A stretch of DNA of 64,000 bases from a virus, in the IMG/VR virus record IMGVR_UViG_3300039308_000034, positions 15,206 to 79,205 of that record. One strand, written 5' to 3'. Shown piece after piece: positions 9,137-18,955 of this stretch. Numbering within the stretch: the stretch's first letter is position 1; each line of letters begins with the position of its first letter. The notes beneath the pieces are model-generated. The model was not told the origin of the DNA. It searched no databases and saw nothing but the letters and a program-made list of their open reading frames with translations. The position numbers were made by a program, and so were the translations under genes.

Positions 9137-10290
9137 TAGACAGACCTGATCTGGATCGGCATGGTCAGTCCTACATAATCCTCCCCGCCAATGGGACGAA
9201 TTACCGCCGGACTTGTGGATGTATTGCACTGCAGCACAATCTCTTTTGTGCTGATCGCCTTCAGGGTTTCGAGCAGATATTTTACGTTAAACGCAATATC
9301 CAAGTCATCTCCTGTAATTGTCGCTGGAATCTCTTCCCTACCACTGCCCACATCTTGAGCTTCAACCGATAGCACAATCGTCTGAGAAGGAACATTAAGG
9401 CTGAATTTCACAATGCTGTTTTTTTGGTCTGCCAGCACAGCTACGCGTTCCATCGCCCCAATCAGTTGACGACGATCGATATAAGCCTCTCGTCCGAATT
9501 GACGCGGGATTAGCTGGTTATAGTTTGGATACTGCCCTTCAAGCAGACGCGTCGTCATGACCATGTTTTCTTCACGAAACTCAGCTAAGCCTTTACCCAG
9601 CTTAAAATCAAAGGTTTCTTTCGCTCCATTGCACAAAATTGCTTCCAGCAGTTTGACTGCCTTGCCTGGAATGGTTAACGACCCAACCTCTCGATCCGCT
9701 GGCTCCTCCTCAACAACTTTGAAGCAAGATAGGCGATGCCCGTCTGTCGAAGCCCATTCCAGACGATCGGCTTCGAGAGTGAAATGGATTCCGGTCAACA
9801 CTTGTTTTGTTTCGTCATCGCTACAGGAATAAAGTGTATGGCGCAATCCCGCCAACATCTCAACTTTGTTGAGGGTCATTGCTGCTTCTTGAGGCAACTC
9901 AAGCTCAGGGTATTCATCAGCTGGCATACCACGCACTTGATAGCGCCCAACTGTTGCAGTAATTGTTGCAACATCTGACTCATCAACCGAAATGGTAAGT
10001 ACTCCTTCCGGCAAACGGGAAACAATATCTCCCAAAAGTTTGGCAGGAAGAGTAATTGACCCAGAGGACTGAACAACTGCACCCATACTGACGCAAATTC
10101 CAATCGATAAATCAAATCCAGTCAAGGAAATCTGCTGCTTATCTTGATTGACCACTAAAAGCACGTTTGCTAATACTGGTTGAGAAGGGCGATTCGGAAT
10201 TGCACGAGATACCAATGTTAGTTTTTCATTGAGTTCTTTCTGCTGACAATTAAACAAAATTGCAGCATCAGTTTTGAGTAGTGTTGCCAT
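9136..10290 (-). CDS. dnaN: DNA polymerase III beta sliding clamp
   Basis: PVLANVLL, LTGFDLSIGI, ASTDGHRL, RLLEGQYPNYNQLIP, IAFNVKYLLE motifs; 384 aa. Confidence 0.95.
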   Translation of the reverse strand: MATLLKTDAAILFNCQQKELNEKLTLVSRAIPNRPSQPVLANVLLVVNQDKQQISLTGFDLSIGICVSMGAVVQSSGSITLPAKLLGDIVSRLPEGVLTISVDESDVATITATVGRYQVRGMPADEYPELELPQEAAMTLNKVEMLAGLRHTLYSCSDDETKQVLTGIHFTLEADRLEWASTDGHRLSCFKVVEEEPADREVGSLTIPGKAVKLLEAILCNGAKETFDFKLGKGLAEFREENMVMTTRLLEGQYPNYNQLIPRQFGREAYIDRRQLIGAMERVAVLADQKNSIVKFSLNVPSQTIVLSVEAQDVGSGREEIPATITGDDLDIAFNVKYLLETLKAISTKEIVLQCNTSTSPAVIRPIGGEDYVGLTMPIQIRSV

Positions 10291-10453
10291 TTCCTAAAAA
10301 TCCTTTTTGCTTAATTCGATGGACGTGAGCATAGATTGTTCCGAGCGCATTGAAACGAATTACGGCAATTTCTTTGCGGGTTTTACCCAACTGGATCAAT
10401 GCTAGGACTTCTTTTTCAGCCTTCGTCAGCCCTGCTGTTTTCAATTTTGCCAT
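10268..10453 (-). CDS. Small LuxR/GerE-type HTH protein
   Basis: LTKAEKEVLALIQLGKTRKEIA...TIYAHVHRIKQK fits the LuxR HTH pattern. Confidence 0.75.
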   Translation of the reverse strand: MAKLKTAGLTKAEKEVLALIQLGKTRKEIAVIRFNALGTIYAHVHRIKQKGFLGNGNTTQN

Positions 10454-10701
10454 TCTCTACGAACCTGGATAAAACCAATAGTTGGATTAGCATAAGTCTT
10501 AAGCCAAACCTGATACTTTAAATAATCTCGATCATCAAACAGCTTTTTTAAATCTCCATCCTGTTCAGTTAGCGTTAATATCCGCTCCATTGAATGTGCT
10601 TCATATACTTCAATCGAGTGCCGAAACAACATCGCTTTTAATATTCGGGTAGGGCAGTCGAATTCTCCAACAATTTGAATAATTGGAAGGGATTCAGGCA
10701 T
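10441..10701 (-). CDS. Hypothetical protein
   Basis: 86-aa ORF coupled within the minus-strand operon. Confidence 0.6.
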   Translation of the reverse strand: MPESLPIIQIVGEFDCPTRILKAMLFRHSIEVYEAHSMERILTLTEQDGDLKKLFDDRDYLKYQVWLKTYANPTIGFIQVRREWQN

Positions 10702-11033
10702 TAATCTAGTAAGCGATAGGGAGCGATCGAAAGCGTTTCACCACCATTGACACCAGCTGAAGCAAAGAGCGTTAGGAAGCTCATGCCATCATCGTCCTCA
10801 CTTGGCAAGCAAAGATGGAGGATTTGACCTGGAGCAGGGATGAAGGGCAAAGTAATAGTGGCGGAAGATTCTGCAATTCGTTTCAGGTGCTCGCGCTCGA
10901 ATCGTTCATCTTCTGACAGATTGCCAGATAGGTAAGTGTTGAAATCAAATTGAGCAGGTAGCCACAGATCAACGTAAAACGTATAAATAGCAAAGCATAC
11001 TGTCCTGGCAGGGCTAAGAGCGGTCTTGGACAT
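10701..11033 (-). CDS. Hypothetical protein
   Basis: 3' part of ORF 10701..11204; ATG at 11033 (MSKTALS) avoids a long overlap with the thymidylate synthase-like gene. Confidence 0.55.
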   Translation of the reverse strand: MSKTALSPARTVCFAIYTFYVDLWLPAQFDFNTYLSGNLSEDERFEREHLKRIAESSATITLPFIPAPGQILHLCLPSEDDDGMSFLTLFASAGVNGGETLSIAPYRLLD

Positions 11034-12504
11034 AGGGTTTTCCTTGTTGAACTGCTTGATAAGCACGTTGCAGCTCCATTCCCAAGTAAGCTGCGTGATC
11101 AGGTTGAAGTCCTGGGGCATCTTGGATGATCGCCCGCACAATCTCCTGGGGTTTACCTCGATAGGATGCAACCGTTGAACCTTTCGGATAACTCCGCTCG
11201 ACAAGCAGTTCCTCCCCGGAGACCTGAATCAGATAATCCCCACAAGGATCAAAATATCGTTTTGTTTCTGCGCGGATGAGCTGCTGGTAGTGAGTTTTTA
11301 CAATGGCGTCTGCTGCTTCAAAGCTCTCATCGTAAAGATGGGCTGATTCACTCAAAATAATGAGTGCTCCTAGCTTGAAGGTTTGTCCCGATCGCCTCGT
11401 TACCTCATCCCAAACATGTCTCTGAAGGGCTCGCAGCCCCATCGCATTAGCGACCCAAGCTGAGAACATATCATTTGAGCGAAACACAGCGGTTAAGCTA
11501 AAAACGCCATCTAGAACGCGTACCCAAATGTGATTAAGGCAAGGCGGGTTTTTGGCATCAGGATCATGTTGAACGTCCCAAAGGCTCATTACTGCTCTGG
11601 CAGAATTTGGATCATCACAAAGCTTCTGAATTACCTGCTCAATCTGATCTACTCCGAACTCCGACCGCAAACGCTGCCCATAGGTATATTTCACTCCGTC
11701 TGAACCTGTAGCATCTGCTAGAATTTGTGCTAGATAATCTCGGATAAAAGCACGATCAACGGGTAAGTAATTTGGCTCTGGGAAATCAAATCCATCCGGC
11801 TCATCCGTTACCACTGCCATCACATCAATCAATTCCTGCCACTGTCCATCATGTTGGTTCGGACGAACAACACCTGTTGTCCGAATCCGATGGAGGATTT
11901 TTACCCAAGCTTGAGCGATTGTCTCTCCTTCAATTCGATGTCCGTATAGCTGTCCTGGCAGAATGTTAGAGGCAAGTTGCCGGACTGGGAACTTCAAGCG
12001 GCTACGACCCGTTTCTGGCTTTTCTGGAAACATACAAGCTAGTGCATGAACCCGCTCGATCGCTGCTCCACGCTCGTCATGATAAAAACAAAGAATTGAT
12101 TGCCGCAGCGTTTCTAGTGCCTCAGCAGTAATCTCAAAATCAATAAAGCCCTTGATTTCCGATCGAATCAGCCAGGTTGGATGTCCGGCATCATCTATGC
12201 CTGCCTCAAATCCATGTACAAAAAAATCATGGAAGCAGCGGCAACTACCTGCATTGCTATCTTCTGTTGTTGCAGCTATCAAAACAACGTATTGAACTTG
12301 TGGATTAAGCAGCAGGTTTCGCACCAAAAACGAAATTCCGCGTGCTGCGCTATAAAGCTGCCCAATTACCGCATACTCATGGGATTCAAGGCGTTTAGCG
12401 ATCGTTTCTGAGATCGTCCAACCCGTAACGACAACTGTATGCCCACTACCATACAGAAGTTGACCGGGCTTATATTCTGCGAAATAAATTCCTGTTGTTT
12501 CCAT
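11014..12504 (-). CDS. thyA: Thymidylate synthase-like protein with N-terminal extra domain and C-terminal DUF4346-like domain
   Basis: YTYGQRL, SARAVMSLWD, PPCLNHIW, FRSNDMFSAWVAN catalytic motifs; GGAGG RBS before ATG 12504. Confidence 0.8.
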   Translation of the reverse strand: METTGIYFAEYKPGQLLYGSGHTVVVTGWTISETIAKRLESHEYAVIGQLYSAARGISFLVRNLLLNPQVQYVVLIAATTEDSNAGSCRCFHDFFVHGFEAGIDDAGHPTWLIRSEIKGFIDFEITAEALETLRQSILCFYHDERGAAIERVHALACMFPEKPETGRSRLKFPVRQLASNILPGQLYGHRIEGETIAQAWVKILHRIRTTGVVRPNQHDGQWQELIDVMAVVTDEPDGFDFPEPNYLPVDRAFIRDYLAQILADATGSDGVKYTYGQRLRSEFGVDQIEQVIQKLCDDPNSARAVMSLWDVQHDPDAKNPPCLNHIWVRVLDGVFSLTAVFRSNDMFSAWVANAMGLRALQRHVWDEVTRRSGQTFKLGALIILSESAHLYDESFEAADAIVKTHYQQLIRAETKRYFDPCGDYLIQVSGEELLVERSYPKGSTVASYRGKPQEIVRAIIQDAPGLQPDHAAYLGMELQRAYQAVQQGKPYVQDRS

Positions 12505-12505
12505 G

Positions 12506-12925
12506 CTACGCCGCCTCCTGATGTTCCCAATGCTGGAAGTGGGGTTTCGGCGTGTACCACCAATCTTGTTCCTCTGATGTAAGCGCCATCCAATGAAGCG
12601 TAGTGACTGTTTCTGGCTTCTGATATCCACCCAGCAGTATTACCGAATAACTGGGCGATTTAATACAGGCACGATCGGGTACAAACCTTTTACCGATTCG
12701 GTTCCAGCTTGGCATCTTGCAGCGAAACTGAATTGAGCAGTGAGGGTAGGGTAATTCTTCTCGATCGTACAACCGACAAACAGGACCCACTATCCGATAC
12801 ACAAACGTTTTGCCTGGCGACAGGACAGTATCGCCCTCATTCAGCACCTTGAATTTCCTCCAGAAGAGTTGCCATTTTTGCCGCTTCTGTGGACAGTTCT
12901 CGATATTTTTCAGCCAATCGGACAA
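12506..12925 (-). CDS. Hypothetical protein
   Basis: 139-aa ORF ending 1 bp before the thyA start; true start may be internal. Confidence 0.6.
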   Translation of the reverse strand: MSDWLKNIENCPQKRQKWQLFWRKFKVLNEGDTVLSPGKTFVYRIVGPVCRLYDREELPYPHCSIQFRCKMPSWNRIGKRFVPDRACIKSPSYSVILLGGYQKPETVTTLHWMALTSEEQDWWYTPKPHFQHWEHQEAA

Positions 12926-13319
12926 TTATGGTTTGAGACGAGATTAACTTCTCTAAAAAATCGCTTTTAACCTCATAAGTTGTGTATCGTTCCCCGCAAG
13001 CAAGACATTCGCGCCGTCGCCTCGTTGCTCCCCGCTGATCATGATTCCGCGATTCCAAAACTCGCGAGTCACGCCGTCCACATACCGGGCATTGAGTTCC
13101 GACTCGACTTTTCACAAGCTCTTGTGCCTGGCGACACAACTCCTGAATTTCAGGATCAACCAGACTAGGGCGAATTGATCGCAGCATGTTAATTGCTGCC
13201 TCACGGCTCGAATTCCAGGTCTCCCAAAACTTCAGTTCTTCATCCGAATCCCCCAAAATGTCGGCGAGCCGAATCGACTGGTAATAGGGTTTTAGTTTTG
13301 TTTCTATTTGTGCGACCAT
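12837..13319 (-). CDS. NrdR-like Zn-ribbon protein without ATP-cone
   Basis: [15 protein letters not shown]...[19 protein letters not shown] is the NrdR N-terminal signature, followed only by a short coiled-coil. Confidence 0.8.
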   Translation of the reverse strand: MVAQIETKLKPYYQSIRLADILGDSDEELKFWETWNSSREAAINMLRSIRPSLVDPEIQELCRQAQELVKSRVGTQCPVCGRRDSRVLESRNHDQRGATRRRRECLACGERYTTYEVKSDFLEKLISSQTIIVRLAEKYRELSTEAAKMATLLEEIQGAE

Positions 13320-13366
13320 ACAACTCCTGTGGACGGGCTAGAAAGATTTGACGCTCGATCGAAACG

Positions 13367-13443
13367 AGTTCGGATGGTACTTAAAAAAGTGTTTAAGTCT
13401 TGGTGTGCAGAGGTTATACACTTTTTAATTTACTGTCCGAACC
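13367..13443. repeat. 28-bp bipartite sites #1 (13367-13394, +) and #2 (13416-13443, -), convergent, 21-bp spacer
   Basis: AGTTCGGATGG-TACTTA-AAAAAGTGTTT and, on the minus strand, GGTTCGGACAG-TAAATT-AAAAAGTGTAT. Confidence 0.9.
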
Positions 13444-13588
13444 AATCGCCCAAGCTCCAGCGAGCTACTGTGCGACCCCTCTCTTTGAAAGTAAATCGCT
13501 GCACATTCGCAATAAATCTGCTTCTGAGCATAAATAACTTGTTCTTCAAGAAAATAGAATTCAACCAATCAGTTTGTGCTTGTGGCAT
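13430..13588 (-). CDS. Small protein (52 aa, MPQAQTDWLNSIFLK...WFGQ), not in the supplied ORF track
   Basis: ATG at 13588 with AAGGA 5 nt upstream; fills the gap between nrdJ and the NrdR-like gene; stop lies inside site #2. Confidence 0.55.
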   Translation of the reverse strand: MPQAQTDWLNSIFLKNKLFMLRSRFIANVQRFTFKERGRTVARWSLGDWFGQ

Positions 13589-13616
13589 GATGTCCTTGAA
13601 AGAAATTCAAGTAGGC

Positions 13617-13640
13617 AGGGCGGAAAGCCGCCCTATTTTT
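13617..13640 (+). terminator. Intrinsic terminator-like hairpin
   Basis: AGGGCGG-aaag-CCGCCCT followed by ATTTTT; the U-tract is on the + strand, opposite to nrdJ. Confidence 0.6.
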
Positions 13641-13646
13641 CTGAGC

Positions 13647-16091
13647 TTATCGCTCCGACAAAAGACATTTATCGCTGTCACATCCAGCAGGACCCGCTTC
13701 GCTAATTTCCCCTTGGTCGTATCGGCTTAAGGCTACATAAAAGTCATCAATCTTTTGCCGCTGCAACACCTCTTTCAAGAGCTGATCGTACTTTGCTTGA
13801 TCAATCGGCTCGAATGGCAGACGTGGAAACGATTGATGGTCGTCAAACCGAGCCAGTAGGGTAGCAGAGATATAGCCCTCATCATTTTGAATTGCTTCGT
13901 AAATTCGCCGGGCAACTGCCTCAATTTCTGGTTCACGGAGTTCGATCGTTGCGGAAGTATTGTGTGCTGTATAGTGCTGTTGCACTTGCATATAGAAATC
14001 CAGCTGTGCCAGAGCCGAGAACTTGGAGATATCAATCTGGTCAGCTCCTGGCAGGTTTGCCCAACTCACTTCTACCGGAATTTCAACTAGCCATTCAGTG
14101 CAACGTGGTGAGAACGGATCGTTCAGTAAATTTCCCTGCTCATCCGTATCTGATTGAGCTGGAACTACGTTGTACCCATAGTCCAGACAAGCCAGTGCTA
14201 CTGGGTCATTTTTAGCAAAGGTGATTCGACGAATGCAGCGTTGCGCCTTGGGTGGGTGCCACCCTGGACTAGCACCTGTAAGAAGAGATTTTGTGCCGGA
14301 AGGTTGTACTGTTGTACAGCGATTAGGACATTTCAGCCCATGCTTGTCGCAATATTTCCAAACCTCACGGTGAACAATCGATTGCCAGAAATTGAGAAAA
14401 CTGGACTCTAAGAACGAAAAAATAGATGCAGTATTGCTTAGATCAACAGCATTCTCACCTGCAAACAGTGCAAGGAGTTCTGTAAGATTTGGATTTGCAT
14501 CGCAGCTATGCCATTCGATGGGTCGTCCGGCTTCCCACCAGCGGAGCCAGTCAACACCAAAGGCGTTAACGAAGAAATCAAATAGCCCAGTAAACGAGAC
14601 ACCGACAATTGGATCAAGCGATCGGGCTTCCTGGTATCGATCTTCAGTAAATTGATGATGCAATAGCCCCGCGACGAAAAGAGCACCTGCTGTAAACGCA
14701 TCATTCTGTTCCACAAGGTTCAGTGGATCAATTCGGTTGAGATGCACCTCGGAAAGATTGCAGTGGAAATTCGATGAAATAATTTCACCACAGGGATTTA
14801 GGGCATAGCGGATGATTCGATGATGCAACTCAGCTGCATCCATTTCTCTTCCATATTTCTGGAAAAATAGCTCCTGTAGATGTTCCTGCGCTAAGGATTG
14901 ATCCTCGTCATAATTTTCTAGAAACAGCTTTTTTTCGTAAGTTGTGCAGATCAGATCGCTGTTTGACCTGGCGACCGCCTCCCCTGCCCACTGAATTGCC
15001 CCTTCACCCGATTCATACTGAAGGTGTACTGCCTCCCAACATTCCTCTAAGGTTGGCTTACGGTGATAAACGCGAGTGTGATTTGCCATTCGCAGCGCGT
15101 CGCGTTTAGGGTCAATTTGCCAGTTTCCAGCTTCATCCTGACTCCAGAGGTTGAGCTTTAGCTGCGGATAGTCCGCGTCAAACTGACGAATTCCAGCACT
15201 TCTCCTGACGTTTCCTGCCACAACACATCGCGAGGCTTCATCAATCAACAGACAGCATTCTTCTGGGGTAAGCTGCCGCTCGATCGCCCCATTCAACAGG
15301 TGAGCCACTCTAGGAAATAGCTCTGGTAGCTTGCATGGATTTGCTACCCCCCCAAATCCATGCAAGCGTTCTCCCTGAGGCCGCACATAATTGAGTTCCA
15401 CTTGAACATGAAGCACTGACCCTATTGGGATATGCAATCCCTGCGGCATATCAAGCAGTCCAGGCTTTACAAACTCAGGCACAAAAATTGCAGAAGCTAG
15501 ATGCAGCAGTGATTCATATGCCTGCACCCATCCTTGGCGGCTATCGCCCACCTTAATGACAAACGACCAATAGTTTTGCGCGGACCAATCCTCAATTGTC
15601 GAAACCTCCCGCTTTGCCGAAATTCCTCCTGGTTGACCCAAAATGGAAACTTGCAATCGGTTCCGAATTACAGGCAGTTGGGAAATGCAGCGACTTTCTA
15701 GCACTGCTCCTGTGCCACAGCCCATCATTGCCAATTCCATAAGTAACCCAAAACTGCGCCAGTCTACTACCTCAGTCCCTGTGCAGTTATAAGCTCCTGA
15801 AAAATTTTCAGGCTTTTCTAGCCAGGGAGTTCCCCCAACCCAGAGCCAGCGACCTGATGGCAAGGCTTTGAGGGAGCGCTGCATCTGATTTAGTAAATGG
15901 AATTCTCCAGTTGAGAATTTTCCTAACTGGATGGCTCCAGCAAGCGTTCGATCGCATACTTCATTCCAGGATTCTCGCTGCTTTGCTGCTGTATTCCATC
16001 GGCTATAGGTTCGAGAAAACACAGGGTTGGCAGTTGGCGCAAAAAAATCGGATTTGACTTGGGATAGCATGGCTAACTTACTAAAGGACAA
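13647..16091 (-). CDS. nrdJ: Class II (adenosylcobalamin-dependent) ribonucleotide reductase
   Basis: PSGRWLW, YNC, VVAGNVRRSA, RMANHT, LNPCGEI...CNLSEV, TTVQPSGTKSLL and C-terminal GPAGCDSDKC; 814 aa, no intein seen. Confidence 0.93.
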   Translation of the reverse strand: MSFSKLAMLSQVKSDFFAPTANPVFSRTYSRWNTAAKQRESWNEVCDRTLAGAIQLGKFSTGEFHLLNQMQRSLKALPSGRWLWVGGTPWLEKPENFSGAYNCTGTEVVDWRSFGLLMELAMMGCGTGAVLESRCISQLPVIRNRLQVSILGQPGGISAKREVSTIEDWSAQNYWSFVIKVGDSRQGWVQAYESLLHLASAIFVPEFVKPGLLDMPQGLHIPIGSVLHVQVELNYVRPQGERLHGFGGVANPCKLPELFPRVAHLLNGAIERQLTPEECCLLIDEASRCVVAGNVRRSAGIRQFDADYPQLKLNLWSQDEAGNWQIDPKRDALRMANHTRVYHRKPTLEECWEAVHLQYESGEGAIQWAGEAVARSNSDLICTTYEKKLFLENYDEDQSLAQEHLQELFFQKYGREMDAAELHHRIIRYALNPCGEIISSNFHCNLSEVHLNRIDPLNLVEQNDAFTAGALFVAGLLHHQFTEDRYQEARSLDPIVGVSFTGLFDFFVNAFGVDWLRWWEAGRPIEWHSCDANPNLTELLALFAGENAVDLSNTASIFSFLESSFLNFWQSIVHREVWKYCDKHGLKCPNRCTTVQPSGTKSLLTGASPGWHPPKAQRCIRRITFAKNDPVALACLDYGYNVVPAQSDTDEQGNLLNDPFSPRCTEWLVEIPVEVSWANLPGADQIDISKFSALAQLDFYMQVQQHYTAHNTSATIELREPEIEAVARRIYEAIQNDEGYISATLLARFDDHQSFPRLPFEPIDQAKYDQLLKEVLQRQKIDDFYVALSRYDQGEISEAGPAGCDSDKCLLSER

Positions 16092-16093
16092 AC

Positions 16094-16615
16094 TTAATCA
16101 CGCTCGCGCGGCATCTGTACTGGAGAAAACACATCACAGCCGTCCTTCCCGTGACTGACTACCTTTAAGATGCGTTCTGGCTCAATCACATAAATCCGCT
16201 CAACATGAGCAACTGAATAAAACCGTTCTGCAATCTGCTGAATATCTCTAGCTCCATTCGGTTCGTCAAAATCGGTTTCACTTTGGGCAAACAGAACTAC
16301 CACAGGAACCCTATCCTTCTCTTGAAAAACCTGAATGGTGCAAAACTCTTTAAGAAACGTTCGAGTTGAAGTGCTTAACTGGTCAATTGCATACCCAACC
16401 CAAAAATCAGATAGGTCAGCTGCATCTAGATAAGGGTCAGATTGCCACTCGATCGCTGCTTCAAGGTCTTGGGCTTCAATCTTCTGCAAGTCAGCATCAG
16501 ATGGCTCTTGCCAATCCGATTGCTTGACTGGTGACCAGGCATATTGAACAAACTGCACTGCCAACAACGCCGACAGCCACACTCCTTTCAGGCTGAAGGC
16601 AATTTTTATGAGCAT
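16094..16615 (-). CDS. Hypothetical protein
   Basis: 173-aa ORF, GAGG RBS, first gene of the leftward operon. Confidence 0.65.
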   Translation of the reverse strand: MLIKIAFSLKGVWLSALLAVQFVQYAWSPVKQSDWQEPSDADLQKIEAQDLEAAIEWQSDPYLDAADLSDFWVGYAIDQLSTSTRTFLKEFCTIQVFQEKDRVPVVVLFAQSETDFDEPNGARDIQQIAERFYSVAHVERIYVIEPERILKVVSHGKDGCDVFSPVQMPRERD

Positions 16616-16713
16616 TGATCAAGCCTCGTTGCGACTTAAGATAATATACAGCGTTTTTTACCTTAAGGTGTTAATAGCTTAATATAAAATTAGCCGAGAA
16701 AAAGAGGAAGCGT

Positions 16714-17295
16714 GTGACGAAACCAATCAAGTTGGAAAGCGACGAGGTGGCGAAGCTCAAGCTGAAGATCAGCCATCTAGAAGGGCAGATTGCGGAATTA
16801 AAGGTAAACGCTGGAATTACTGAGCCCAGAATTAAAAAACTTAAATTACAGCGCGACGATAAAGGAAACGATCGGATTGCCATTACTTACCAGTCCCTAA
16901 CGCCTGATGGTGACTGGGACAATAGCTCTATCTCTCGTAAAGCCGCTGCTCGCCCCCAGTTTTATCATGCCCTTGAAGACCTGGCTCCTTACGTCTGTCT
17001 CATTTGTGAGCTGGACCCGGACTACAAAGAGGAAATGAGCATTATTGGGGTCAGCTTCTCGTATTCCGACGAAGATGTACCAGTCATGGGCGCAACAATT
17101 ACGGCTCAGAAGAAGTTGGAGACAGCAACCTCACCGCTCATCCTTAACACACCCCACAAGTCAGCCCAGCCATACGGTGGGGGTGAGGATGACTCCAATT
17201 GCTTTGACGAGAAAACTGTTCAGGCACTCAATCGAGTGAGTGAAGAATGTCAGCGATATTTGCGCGGCGAACGTGCCCAGCTGTCGTTTCTGTAA
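16714..17295 (+). CDS. Hypothetical phage protein
   Basis: 193-aa ORF divergent from the nrdJ operon. Confidence 0.7.
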   Translation: MTKPIKLESDEVAKLKLKISHLEGQIAELKVNAGITEPRIKKLKLQRDDKGNDRIAITYQSLTPDGDWDNSSISRKAAARPQFYHALEDLAPYVCLICELDPDYKEEMSIIGVSFSYSDEDVPVMGATITAQKKLETATSPLILNTPHKSAQPYGGGEDDSNCFDEKTVQALNRVSEECQRYLRGERAQLSFL

Positions 17296-17404
17296 GGAAA
17301 TCCTCAAGCATCAATGGGGGATTGATACAGAAAGCTGTTTGACATAAATCTGTTAGGGTCTAACTCGCTTGTCTCTCAAGCTGAAGGAAAAATGATAGAC
17401 AAAG

Positions 17405-18955
17405 TTGATTGTTATCTCTAGCGCACTCAATCCCCTAATTCGTATGACCCAAGCCTCTGATACACCAATCAAACCCACGAATGCAGCCAGCACTCCTGCC
17501 CAAACTGCTCCTCCATCTACAACAATCCAGGCTTCCAATTCTCAGTCTGCAACGGCTACAGCACCAATAGCCACAACCGCCAGAGTCGCAACTGTTTCTC
17601 AAACAGCCTTTCAGCCATCCCCGCTGAAAGAACAATATCGTGCACCCTATCAACCCGAATGTACTCCGGTCGAACTGATCTTTTTGTCTGGGCCGTACAA
17701 AGGCAAATCCCTTGATCTGGGGTTGGCAGTCAATGAGATTAGCCACAGCCAGAGTGCAAATTGGGAATCCCAAACTGTCAATGGCATTCGGGTTGGAGTT
17801 AACTTTACAAATATTGGTGGCAGGGAAATTTCCATGTCCCTAGAATACGCCGATGTCACTTACGACATCATTCACTTAGCAGAAGGAGTTGCGCTTCTCC
17901 AGCAAATTGGGGATGGTGAAGTGCAGCCACCGCTCATGCTGCTGACCCAGGGTGACGCAAAAAATATTGGTCCCATGGTCTGCAACAGTTTTCAGCAGAA
18001 TTACAGCGAACCTTTTGCAGGTAGAACCAGAGGGTTCCGTCATGCAAAAATTGACCTTAAATTTACAGTTATTGGTGGCAAAGCCAGCAACAACGCCTTA
18101 GCTCCCCCGATCGCCTCAACTCCACTCGGGGACGAAACCAAACGGCAAACACAATTGGAGCGGCAGCGGCAAGGAACGATCGCTGCTCAAAAGACGCTGT
18201 TGCTTCCCTGTTTAGGAGAAGAAGGCAGCAATCAGCTGACTGAAATGATTGATCAAGGGAAGTTGACTAATGTTGAGGCAATTTTGCAGCTTCCAGCTGA
18301 TGTATTTGTCAATGGGACACTTGGCGGGTTGTTCAACAAGCAGGTCTTGGCAGACCAACGCTTGCAAGATAAGTTGCGGGCTGACCTTGCCAGCACAATA
18401 GCAGCTAATGAAGATGGAGTTGGCAACACTACGTTTGCTCGTCAATTTGCCGAGGCACTGATTACCGGAGATTTTTCTCACGTTTCTCGTCCAGCAATCC
18501 AGGCACAAGCACAGGCAAGCAAACCAGATTACGACCAGATCTATCAAGCCATCCTGAACCAGGAGCTGGGCGATGACGCTTCTGTTTTTGCAGATGGTAA
18601 TACTGCCGGGGAGCGATTGCGATCGGGTTTTGGAACCTGTGGCATGAAGCTTCGCAGCAGTAACACTGGAATTACTGGAGCAAAAGCTCTGTTAGATGCA
18701 GAGGTGTTAAATGCGTTCAACACTTTGCTTGCAGATGAAAGTAATACTCAAACTTTAAAGGATGACTATGGCTTAACAGAATCCCAAATCCGTCATCTAC
18801 GTAAAGGGCAACCTTTTCAATCTAAAGAAGAGTTTATGAGCTACGTAAACCAGGATGGGAGCGGGATTAGTGGATACGCGATCTGGTCAAAAATTGGGAA
18901 TCCTGCAACTGGAGGTAATGACTCTAACCCATCCCCAACGGAGCCAACATCATGA
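17405..18955 (+). CDS. Probable tail tube initiator / P2 GpU-like baseplate protein with extensions
   Basis: Central beta-rich segment (ISHSQSANWESQ...REISMSLEY...PPLMLLTQG...FRHAKIDLKF) resembles contractile tube-initiator proteins; Ser/Thr/Ala-rich N-terminus; start may be internal. Confidence 0.55.
   Translation: MIVISSALNPLIRMTQASDTPIKPTNAASTPAQTAPPSTTIQASNSQSATATAPIATTARVATVSQTAFQPSPLKEQYRAPYQPECTPVELIFLSGPYKGKSLDLGLAVNEISHSQSANWESQTVNGIRVGVNFTNIGGREISMSLEYADVTYDIIHLAEGVALLQQIGDGEVQPPLMLLTQGDAKNIGPMVCNSFQQNYSEPFAGRTRGFRHAKIDLKFTVIGGKASNNALAPPIASTPLGDETKRQTQLERQRQGTIAAQKTLLLPCLGEEGSNQLTEMIDQGKLTNVEAILQLPADVFVNGTLGGLFNKQVLADQRLQDKLRADLASTIAANEDGVGNTTFARQFAEALITGDFSHVSRPAIQAQAQASKPDYDQIYQAILNQELGDDASVFADGNTAGERLRSGFGTCGMKLRSSNTGITGAKALLDAEVLNAFNTLLADESNTQTLKDDYGLTESQIRHLRKGQPFQSKEEFMSYVNQDGSGISGYAIWSKIGNPATGGNDSNPSPTEPTS

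Noticed and set aside
11014-12504. TS homolog as a dCMP hydroxymethylase for DNA modification
   Set aside because: The specificity residue is Asn (dUMP type), and no glycosyltransferase or other modification genes were seen.
13308-13730. 140-aa + strand ORF
   Set aside because: It is antisense to nrdJ and to the RBS-supported 52-aa ORF and runs through sites #1/#2 and a terminator; likely a shadow ORF.
13647-16091. Intein or intron in nrdJ
   Set aside because: Length is normal for class II RNR and no splicing or homing-endonuclease motifs were seen.
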